Positions 48,129 to 57,088 of a stretch of 64,000 nucleotides of DNA are shown piece by piece. Source of the stretch: Batkoa obscura (lineage: Eukaryota); assembly GCA_030770535.1 (NCBI GenBank), contig JASVEC010000019.1, forward strand, positions 868,001-932,000. The letters run 5' to 3'. Every line of letters starts with the position of its first letter. The first letter of the stretch is position 1. The notes below the pieces were generated by a model. That model was not told the origin of the DNA, made no database searches, and worked only from the letters and a program-made list of their open reading frames with translations. Position numbers and translations under genes: made by a program.

Positions 48129-49889
48129 ATGCCGTTAAAACCCCAAAGTTACAAAGATGCTGCAGTTAAGAGGATAGTAGAAATTGAAAGGATATTGAAG
48201 AGCAGTATGGAAATAATTAGTATGAATAATAGTACCAGTGGTAACAGGAATAATCCACATCTTATTACAATAAATAATTACCTTCGATGGCTTAATTATA
48301 TTTTAAATAAGTATCTTAATTTGATAAAGATTAAAAAAAAGATACAGCGTCGACGTAATGGGTTGGTAATCTATAATAAAGAAGTTCGCCTATTTGGATT
48401 AGAAACAGAGTTAGGTATTAAAAATTTTATGGAATTCGTAAATAATGATATTCAACATCCTCCCGAACATTCATTGATTGCTTTATTACCTATGGATCTG
48501 ATGAGAGATTTTAATTTAAGTGTCAATACTTTTAATGGTTTAAAACCAAGTCAATTAATAGAATGTTTTATAAATTTATATAGTAATAAGCTGGATACTG
48601 AGAGTTTTTGGCTGACAAAAGAAATGTTAATCAAGATATTAAAATGTCAACAAAATACATTAGTTAAAATGATGTTGTTACAAACATTTAATAAGTTAAT
48701 TCAATTTGATTGTGATCAATTGGAAAAATTAATTAATATATCTGAATGGCATTTCAATAACCTAGTAGTGGAAGCTTTAGAAAAGGGAGATTTAATGAGT
48801 TTAACTGGGATTACTTTATTATGTTGGGAGTTTTATTTTTCAGCAGAGATAAAGAGTGCAAATATTTATTTGTTAGAAATCATGAAAATGAAAGAGAAAT
48901 TAAAAATTCAAAACAATAAAATACACGATAAAATGATGGCGGAATGGCAGAAGAACATATTCGAGTTAGTTGATTTTATTTGTTTACTAATTATAGGCAA
49001 ACAAGTAGAGAATAAGGAAAAATGGAAAGAAGTAAATAAGAAAGATGAGTTCATTAAATTTCAACATATTAATAACAAACTATTATGCTTACCGACTAAA
49101 GTTAGAAAATGTAAAATAGAAGATGCTACTATTATTAAAACAGAGGGACTACATTTAATATTAAATTTAGATAATAATGACAAAAAACCGAATGAAGATG
49201 AATTTCAAAAAAAATATTACTTATTTGCTACTTGGATTGATTTAGAAGTATTACAATTGAAATTAAACTGTAATTATAACACTCAACAAATCGATAATTA
49301 TATAAAACTAATATTGAATCAATTAACATTAACCCCATCAAATTATAAAATATATACATTAATAACAAAAGAACAGACAAATAGTTTATTAATTTATGGT
49401 AAACATAATATAATCAGTAATAGTGATAATACGTCTTTTGGTACATATGCTTATTTAATATTGAATTTAAATTGTTTATATTTAGTACAACCATTATTAT
49501 TTAATAACTGTAGTAATCAAAGTAAATTAGATACAATTCCAGGACGATATTTACAATTAAGTTATCAAATAACAAGTAATTTATATGAATTATTATCCAC
49601 AATAATTAATACTCCTTTTGAAAAAAAAGAGATTTACTATTTGTTGATGAATAATTTAAGAGATTTTTTACCATTATTTAAATATTATTTTATTATTATT
49701 AAACAAGAAAACGTTTCTAAAGAAATTAAAAGTGAGTTCATTTCAAACTTGAATTTTATATATTCTTACTTAAATGGTTGTTATAATTCGAAGTTTGGAT
49801 TTAAAGATACAAATTATGTTTATCAGCAATTTAAATTATTAATTAAGCTATATGGGGTGGAACAATTATTTAATCAAATATATATATAA
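48129..49889 (+). CDS. MHR-like family member 4 (divergent)
   Basis: 'SYKDAAVKRIVEIE', 'INNYLRW', 'PSQLIECFINLY', 'FWLTKE', 'HINNKLLCLPT', 'TPSNYK'. Confidence 0.75.
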   Translation: MPLKPQSYKDAAVKRIVEIERILKSSMEIISMNNSTSGNRNNPHLITINNYLRWLNYILNKYLNLIKIKKKIQRRRNGLVIYNKEVRLFGLETELGIKNFMEFVNNDIQHPPEHSLIALLPMDLMRDFNLSVNTFNGLKPSQLIECFINLYSNKLDTESFWLTKEMLIKILKCQQNTLVKMMLLQTFNKLIQFDCDQLEKLINISEWHFNNLVVEALEKGDLMSLTGITLLCWEFYFSAEIKSANIYLLEIMKMKEKLKIQNNKIHDKMMAEWQKNIFELVDFICLLIIGKQVENKEKWKEVNKKDEFIKFQHINNKLLCLPTKVRKCKIEDATIIKTEGLHLILNLDNNDKKPNEDEFQKKYYLFATWIDLEVLQLKLNCNYNTQQIDNYIKLILNQLTLTPSNYKIYTLITKEQTNSLLIYGKHNIISNSDNTSFGTYAYLILNLNCLYLVQPLLFNNCSNQSKLDTIPGRYLQLSYQITSNLYELLSTIINTPFEKKEIYYLLMNNLRDFLPLFKYYFIIIKQENVSKEIKSEFISNLNFIYSYLNGCYNSKFGFKDTNYVYQQFKLLIKLYGVEQLFNQIYI

Positions 49890-49947
49890 CTAAAGCAAAT
49901 AAATTATTCATAAATTGTGTTTAACTTTTATTATGTCTAATATTAAC

Positions 49948-51419
49948 TCAATGTGTTGTTTGATTTAAGCAATTATTTAAATTAATCATTTTTTGTTTTA
50001 ACGTTGCTACTTCATTTGATAATATAGATTTAGCTAATCTAATATTATAATCATTACATTTACAATCATTACAAGTAATTTCAATAATTTCTTGTAATGA
50101 AATATTATCAATATTAATTCTGTCTTGAATTAATAATAAATCTTCCTTATTAAATAATATTTCATATGGTAAAGATAAATAAAATAAAGTCAATAAGGAT
50201 AAATAATTGGGATTCTGTTGTAATAATGAAGAGGGGATGACGATGTTTTTTTGTATCCAATTATATAATATTGTGTTTTTAATACTGGCTACTAATAATT
50301 CAAATTGTGTTATATATTCTGTTTGTAATTCATTATTATTATTGTTATTTTCTTTACAGTTCTTTTTCAATGGCAATAATTCATCCTCTTCTTTCATTAA
50401 CAAAATCCTCTGTTGAATTATTTCTTTCTTATCCGATTTAAATTCCCTCAATTCATTATATAATTGTATCAATTCATGCCAAAGCTCTTCCTTTTTACTA
50501 ATTCCTTTTATCTTTAATAAAAACTGTTTCCAACTTTTTAAATCCAAATCCAATTGAGTTAATGAAGTTATTGTAAAACTATTCTTTGATAATAAAGTAT
50601 AACCTCTTGAGATGCCCGAACTAGGATCTATTGGTTTCAATGATTCAAATAATAAATCCAAAGGTACCCAATAGGCAGGATATTTAAATCTAGCAACGTC
50701 TAATACTAATACCATCTTCTCTTCAGGATCATAGCCTCCAACAGGCGAAAAATGACCATCACCTGTTTGTCCTAAAGTTTTTCTAGAATAAGATAATACC
50801 ATCACTTGATTATCCGATTGACATGATAGTTTAACATCATTTTCAAATTGATTTAATGTTGTTTTATTACTATAAGATAATCGGCTGGATAATCCATTAC
50901 ATTTAGCTAGGCACTCAAATTCGGATAAAGTAATACCTTGTAAACGGATATCAGATAACGAACGACAACAATCTAACATTTCATCAGCATACCTATTAAT
51001 AGTTGATATTTCTTAGTTATTTTTACGTTCAAATGATAGATAATAATTGAAACTCACCATCTCCAAGGGCCTTTCCAAACTTTCAATGGGTCAACTTCTA
51101 GAGAGTTTAATACCATTGATAACGTACCTAATCCACAAACTAGGACAATAATCATATTAGTCAAACTAAAAATATTGGCGATAATAATAAACAACTTACA
51201 AGCTGGTTCCGATTGTGTAGTAAAATAATTTGCTAATTGGAAATAAATTTCTGCATGCCCAGTTTCAATTGCTTTTTTAAAAAAGAACTTTCCTTGAGTG
51301 GAGGAAAAGGGTATTAAACTTGATGGCAATTGACGCTATCAAGGGAACAAATCAGTATGTTAAAATTGGCGAAGAGATAAGATTATTACTTTAAAGTAAG
51401 TACGGATTAAATTGGACAT
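49948..51419 (-). CDS. PCS1: Phytochelatin synthase; exons 51419-51390, 51335-51200, 51139-51058, 50992-49948
   Basis: Spliced translation contains the catalytic triad motifs 'TQSEPAFCGL', '[10 protein letters not shown]' and 'LDVARFKYP', plus 'WKGPWRWY..MLDCC'. Confidence 0.93.
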
Positions 51420-51872
51420 TTTTTAAAAATTTATTGTAAAAGTGAGTTGACAGTTTTTTGGAATGAGACTGCTTTTTAAATTTTATGTCAAACTAGAAAA
51501 CTATTTAGGTTGTTAGCATCAAAGTTGAAAAAATTAAATTTATTTTGGTGAAATAAATAAATTTTAAAATTGGAACAAATTTAAATTATTAAAGCCCTTC
51601 ACAAAGAGTAGTAGTAGCCTTCCAAACTTCGTATACATAAAAGATAGATCATTAGTTGCAATACTAAATAATTTTTGTCTCCAAAAACAAAATTTTCTTA
51701 AGTAAATTTTTTTGCTGTTGCAATTTTTCTAATAGTTTTTTTACCACATCAAACTGTAGGGATATTTTATGAATGACCTAATATGAGATAAACAATCAAA
51801 ATTTGATTTGGCTTTTTTGTACACATAATATTTAAAATCGAAATTAGTAGACAATTGATTTGTTTTAATAAA

Positions 51873-53624
51873 ATGGAATTTGCCCTCGAAAAAAGGTCAT
51901 ATAAAACAGAAGCTTCAGAAAGGATCCGTTTATTGTATTTTGAGCTACAAACAATCCTTTATAATGCAACTATTAATTCATATAATGAGCCGAACAAAGT
52001 GAAGTTAATAAATAACTATATAAAATGGATGAATTATATAATCAAGAAGCAAAAGGAAGTCATGGAATTTATGTTCAAAATGAGACGAAGGAAAGAAGGT
52101 TCTTCACTTATAAAACAAAAACAATATGAATTTTGTCTAGAAATAGAGTATGGTATATTTAACTTTAATCAATTAACTAATGAAAATCAATTACCTTATG
52201 GTTTATTTTATTATGAAGGAAATATAATGAATGAATTAAAAGCATCTCCTATTTTAATTAATAATATGCTTCCAAGTGAATTATTAGAAAGTCTTATTAA
52301 GATTTATACAACGTTAATGGACCCTTATAGTTTTTGGTTGACGAAAGAAGATTTATTAAGAGTATTAAAAAATAGTAACAAATCTTTATTAAAGCTAATG
52401 CTATTTCAAACATTTAATAAAATTATTAAATTTAATGATCAGCAGTTTATTGAAGTTTTAAAAAGGGAAGGGAATGGATTTAATCAAATTCTGAGACAAA
52501 GCATGGATACTCCAAGTTTAGAAAATTTAACTGGACTAACTTTATTAAGCTTTGAATATTTTTTTGAACAACAAAGGGCAACAGCGAGACTGTATATACT
52601 CCATTTAATAGAAATGAAAAAACAAGTAGAAGAACAAAATTTAGAGAAGTTAAGTAAAAGTAATCAACTATGGAAACAAAGAATATTTGAGATAATAGAA
52701 TTATTAGCTGTCTTTTTAGAAATTAAAAATGAATTTGAAAGTGATTATAAATTAAACTATCGATTAAAGCACATCAATAGAACTGTATTATGTATACCTA
52801 CTAAGCCAAGAGAATTGAAACAGAATGTAATTATTATAGATAATATTCATGATTTTCTAAACAATAATAATAATCCAATCTATACAAATCCAACATATAA
52901 TGATGACGAACAAGCTAATTATTATGCGTTTGCTACATGGTGTGAATTACAAGCATGCGATTATATCAACTATTATAGAACTAAATTAATAAGAAATGAA
53001 AAAAATGAAATACAAAACTCAAACACAATATTTAAATTAACTAAACATAAAGTTAATTTAATTAATCAGATAGATATGAAATTACAAAATACACCAAAAG
53101 AATATAAACAATATCAATTAATTAATCAAGAACAAGCTTATGAAATAAGATATCATGGTAAATTAAAATTTAGTGATAGTTCATTTAGTAGTTATGCTTA
53201 TTATGTTATTTTGATAAGTAAACTAACAATATTAAATCCACTTATTGGATTATTAGAACAACCTTATCAGCTATCTAATAAGAAACATAGTTATAAATTA
53301 TACGAAGGTACTATTAATATATGGAAATATCTTAATTCATGTATCAAATTAAATATAAAAAATGACCAAATTCATTATCCCATTATTAATAACTCCAGTC
53401 ATTTTTTAACAATTATTTATTTTTCATTAAATATATTAATTAATGATTTATTTAATAAAAAGGATAGAATAGTAATTTATAATTATTTAGTAAAGTTTAT
53501 TGAGTTTCTTAAACTATCAGAAAAATCAGATGTTGGATTTTTAGATGCTAATTTTACTTTAAGTAGAATTAGGGCGTATTTAAATCAGTTTAAACTTCCT
53601 GATAAGTACCCTTTGAGTCTTTAA
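51873..53624 (+). CDS. MHR-like family member 5 (closest to member 4)
   Basis: First ATG 51873; 'SYKTEASERI', 'INNYIKW', 'MLFQTFNKIIKF', 'PSLENLTGLTLL'. Confidence 0.75.
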   Translation: MEFALEKRSYKTEASERIRLLYFELQTILYNATINSYNEPNKVKLINNYIKWMNYIIKKQKEVMEFMFKMRRRKEGSSLIKQKQYEFCLEIEYGIFNFNQLTNENQLPYGLFYYEGNIMNELKASPILINNMLPSELLESLIKIYTTLMDPYSFWLTKEDLLRVLKNSNKSLLKLMLFQTFNKIIKFNDQQFIEVLKREGNGFNQILRQSMDTPSLENLTGLTLLSFEYFFEQQRATARLYILHLIEMKKQVEEQNLEKLSKSNQLWKQRIFEIIELLAVFLEIKNEFESDYKLNYRLKHINRTVLCIPTKPRELKQNVIIIDNIHDFLNNNNNPIYTNPTYNDDEQANYYAFATWCELQACDYINYYRTKLIRNEKNEIQNSNTIFKLTKHKVNLINQIDMKLQNTPKEYKQYQLINQEQAYEIRYHGKLKFSDSSFSSYAYYVILISKLTILNPLIGLLEQPYQLSNKKHSYKLYEGTINIWKYLNSCIKLNIKNDQIHYPIINNSSHFLTIIYFSLNILINDLFNKKDRIVIYNYLVKFIEFLKLSEKSDVGFLDANFTLSRIRAYLNQFKLPDKYPLSL

Positions 53625-53665
53625 TTTACTATTGTCATTATCTAATAAATACCACCCCCTTTTCA

Positions 53666-53918
53666 TTAATATAGCTGAATCGAGCTATATAAAGCTAAAC
53701 ATAGTATCCATATATTTAAACTAGATATTTTTAGAATAGAGTATCTTCCATTAGTCAATCAATTCCCCTATTTACCTCTTATGTGGAATACCATTATCAT
53801 AATTATACAACTCTCCCCCTTGAACTCTTTTAATTTTACACTTACAAGGCTTCTCTTTATCAAAGTTTATCAAATAAATACATCCCATAATAGTATTAAA
53901 AATAATAAATAAGATCAT
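53666..53918 (-). CDS. Putative 65-aa spliced microprotein with hydrophobic N- and C-termini; exons 53918-53776, 53720-53666
   Basis: 55-bp intron GTAAAT...GACTAAT...TCTAG. Product MILFIIFNTIMGCIYLINFDKEKPCKCKIKRVQGGELYNYDNGIPHKSLNIWILCLALYSSIQLY. Confidence 0.45.
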
Positions 53919-53965
53919 ACTCTTAAAAAGGGAAAGGTAAATAATTACAATTAATATCAATTATA

Positions 53966-55774
53966 TTATACTGTTATAGAATACTTTCCTAAGAAATGGA
54001 ACTTTTGCAAGTCTTTTTCTATAACCTCGATTGCAAACCCACTATCTTCAAAATAATGAGTTCTGTCTCTATCCCTCTTAATCCAATAAACTAATTGTTG
54101 AACTTTGTTATAAATTAATTCATTCTGAGACTCTGAAAAATATAACTGTGATAAAGCGTTAATATAAAAATAGATAGTTGGAAGTAAATTCATACATGAG
54201 TTAAATAGTATCCATGGACATTCGTTTTTAACATTATTACGATTAAACAAGCTTGAAAATAGATCCCATAACTTGTCGGCTGTTTCTAATCCAATCTTCC
54301 ATAGCCAGGTGTATAATAGTGGGTGAGGACATGGACTTATATATGAAATAGGGTCAACAACATAAAGTTTACTATTCAAAAACATCAAATATCCAGAAGA
54401 ACCTAATGATGAAGTGTTATCTAATTGTAGTACACCGTATGATTTTATATCATTAAGTTCCTTTAAGGATAAAAGGTGATAGCTTTTGTAATTTGTTGGT
54501 ACATCATTTATCTCTTGATCTAATTCATCAATCATCTTTAACATACTATTTAAATCAAAATAGAACCTGTTGATTGGATCTATGTTTGGATTTCTCTTTA
54601 GCATATCTTTTTTGTTATAATAATATTGTAAAACATGACAGTAGCATGCTAGCGCTCTTGAACAATATAATGACTTGCGAGGTTGGTTATTGTTAATACT
54701 GGGGGCTATAACACTATTTTTTATATTAACACTTTTTAATACTGCTTTTAAATCTATCTTTTTTGTTTTATTGATCTTTAATCTAGGCATTGTGGGTATA
54801 CTAATCAACTTATTTCTGATATGAATTAAGGGGATTATATTAGTATATTTTAAGGTTAAAAAAGATCCTGGTAAATAAGATAAACCAACATGGAGGATAA
54901 TTATAAATTCCCATAGCTTTTCTTTTAATGAATCCTGATTACGGTTGTTTGTAATTAAAAAAATATTTTTCTCTTTTTCTGTTTCTTTTGGTATTATTTG
55001 TAACATTCCAGCCATCCTTACTGCTTGTCCTAAATATATGTTAGCTAAAGAATAGTTTTTAGTATATAAATATTCTCCAGCAATTAAAGTGATTGCAACT
55101 ACATTTTCTAAGCTTGGATTACTATAACTTTGAATAATCATACTTTGGATATCTTTAGTGTTATTAAGTAATAGCTGTTTGTATTCTTTTGGAAGTTCTA
55201 CTAAACTCAATAATGATTGTAAAAGCATTGCTTTTAATAAACTTGGTTCTTTTTTTTTAAATATACGTTCCAATACTGGAGCTGTAAACCATAATCCATC
55301 TGGATCTAAAAGCTGATGATAAATACTAATAAAACATACCAAAAGTTCTGAAGGCATTAACTCATCTACTTTATTTGGAGTGACATATAACTCTCTCTCT
55401 GGACAACAGCACAAACAACTATTCATGAACATCAACTTTTGACTATTTCTTATCAATTGAGTATAATGGGATATCCCTTTTTCAAAATAAGCTATAAATT
55501 TCGCTTCTACATTTATATGTTTCTCCCTTTGTAATTGACATTCAATAGGTCTGTTTTTTAATTCTATTAATCTCTTTTTTGTAACCAAACATTCCTTTGA
55601 CCATCTAAGATAACTCTTTATTAAACCACTAAACCCATTAGTTGGATAGGCTAATATGATACTGTTTATGCTGGAAAAAAATTCTGCCAGCTCCTTTTCA
55701 ATTTTTTCTATCCTTTCAACAGCTTTGAGTCTAAAAGACTCTTGAATTCTTTTCGACTTTTCATTTTGTTCCAT
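53966..55774 (-). CDS. MHR-like family member 6
   Basis: 602-aa intronless ORF; long blocks identical to member 7. Confidence 0.8.
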   Translation of the reverse strand: MEQNEKSKRIQESFRLKAVERIEKIEKELAEFFSSINSIILAYPTNGFSGLIKSYLRWSKECLVTKKRLIELKNRPIECQLQREKHINVEAKFIAYFEKGISHYTQLIRNSQKLMFMNSCLCCCPERELYVTPNKVDELMPSELLVCFISIYHQLLDPDGLWFTAPVLERIFKKKEPSLLKAMLLQSLLSLVELPKEYKQLLLNNTKDIQSMIIQSYSNPSLENVVAITLIAGEYLYTKNYSLANIYLGQAVRMAGMLQIIPKETEKEKNIFLITNNRNQDSLKEKLWEFIIILHVGLSYLPGSFLTLKYTNIIPLIHIRNKLISIPTMPRLKINKTKKIDLKAVLKSVNIKNSVIAPSINNNQPRKSLYCSRALACYCHVLQYYYNKKDMLKRNPNIDPINRFYFDLNSMLKMIDELDQEINDVPTNYKSYHLLSLKELNDIKSYGVLQLDNTSSLGSSGYLMFLNSKLYVVDPISYISPCPHPLLYTWLWKIGLETADKLWDLFSSLFNRNNVKNECPWILFNSCMNLLPTIYFYINALSQLYFSESQNELIYNKVQQLVYWIKRDRDRTHYFEDSGFAIEVIEKDLQKFHFLGKYSITV

Positions 55775-56175
55775 GGAATGTAAACTTTTACAATGTTAAA
55801 GGCGTTTTTTATATATTTAATAAATTATCATTTAAGAATCGAGTTAGTTTTAAACTCATGGTTTATTTTTATCTAGCTTTATAAATATGAATCAATGATA
55901 GCATTATTTGAATTGGAATTTATGTCAATTAAAATATTAAATAGTTTTGATCATAAATAAAGATCTTTGATCAAAAATGAAAATTATTTAAAACAAGTAC
56001 TAGTCAAATATTTGTTTTTTATCATTTTAGTACTTATTAGTTCTATGATATATAAATTACTTTTTTCATCTACTAATGTATCTAATCTTCAAAAATTGAT
56101 GAATTTCTATAAAGTAAGATAGATAAACATACTTTTTTTATTTGTAGCTTTGTATTGTATATTTAATAAGCTTAT

Positions 56176-56273
56176 GGTGATATTTTTTTTGACTTCACTA
56201 CTTTTTCTATCTTTTAAGTGCTATTTGAGTGGAAAAATTATTAGCAAAATTCTTAAACACAAATACATCCCCC
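56176..56273 (-). mobile_element. MITE family A copy
   Basis: GGTGATAT...CATCCCCC with TTAT (or CTTAT) duplicated. Confidence 0.88.
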
Positions 56274-56602
56274 TTATATTAAAAAATAATATTTTGATAT
56301 AAAATACAAATTTTTTTTTTACTATGATAGCTTTTTTAAGAGATTTACTATTCTTAGTTTAATAAACTTATTTTATCTTTTTATGGTTATTTTTTTATTG
56401 TTTTTTTTACATAATTTGCTAATTATATAAATTGCCTTTTTATTATTTTACATAACCTACTTCTACTACATACTATCTTTTATTGATAAGTTTGTTTTAA
56501 TTACCAAAATCAAGATTTCTTAACTTATTATAAACAGTTAATTACAAAGCTTTTACTTTTTTCTCAGGCACTAAATCCCACATTAGATAATAGACTTGAT
56601 AT

Positions 56603-56691
56603 GGGGATGTATTTTCTTATTTCACTAATAATCTTTTGGTTCAAATAGTACTTAAAAATTGAAAGGAGATGAAATCAAAAGAAACATTCTC
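56603..56691 (+). mobile_element. MITE family A copy, degenerate
   Basis: GGGGATGT...ACATTCTC; flanks ATAT/ATGT; internal deletion. Confidence 0.75.
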
Positions 56692-57088
56692 ATGTATTTT
56701 GAAATAAAAGATGTCAAGTACTTAAAAAATTTCCAGCTTGTGATTATTATTTAAGAAATTATAAGGTTATCAAAACATGATTTTTACGCCTGTATTTTAG
56801 TTATAACATAGCTTTTTCATTTTTATAATCATTTGGGTATATTTGTTTACTTTACATATAGCAATAATAATTAAAAGAATACTTTTAAATTCAAGATGTT
56901 TGCAAAGATTGATAGAATATTTAATATTTAAAAGATTACTACAATATTTAAATTTAAATAGTAAGTTGATAATTTCATTTGCTTTTGTTTACAAAGTAGT
57001 GATACAAATATCTTTATTCAAAATTAAATAGTGGCCATTTTAGTTTCTAAAATAAAAGGTAAAAAAACTATAGTAAATAATAGCTATA

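Noticed and set aside
53876..53886. AAATACATCCC resembling a MITE end
   Set aside because: No adjoining MITE interior; it falls within the putative microprotein exon.
4086..57031. Short track ORFs such as 4086, 4621, 5052, 6807, 12217, 12579, 14130, 15585, 38336, 43128, 43223, 47682, 50207 and 56843
   Set aside because: Antisense or alternate-frame shadows of real genes, or low-complexity AT-rich ORFs with no motifs, mostly with non-ATG starts.
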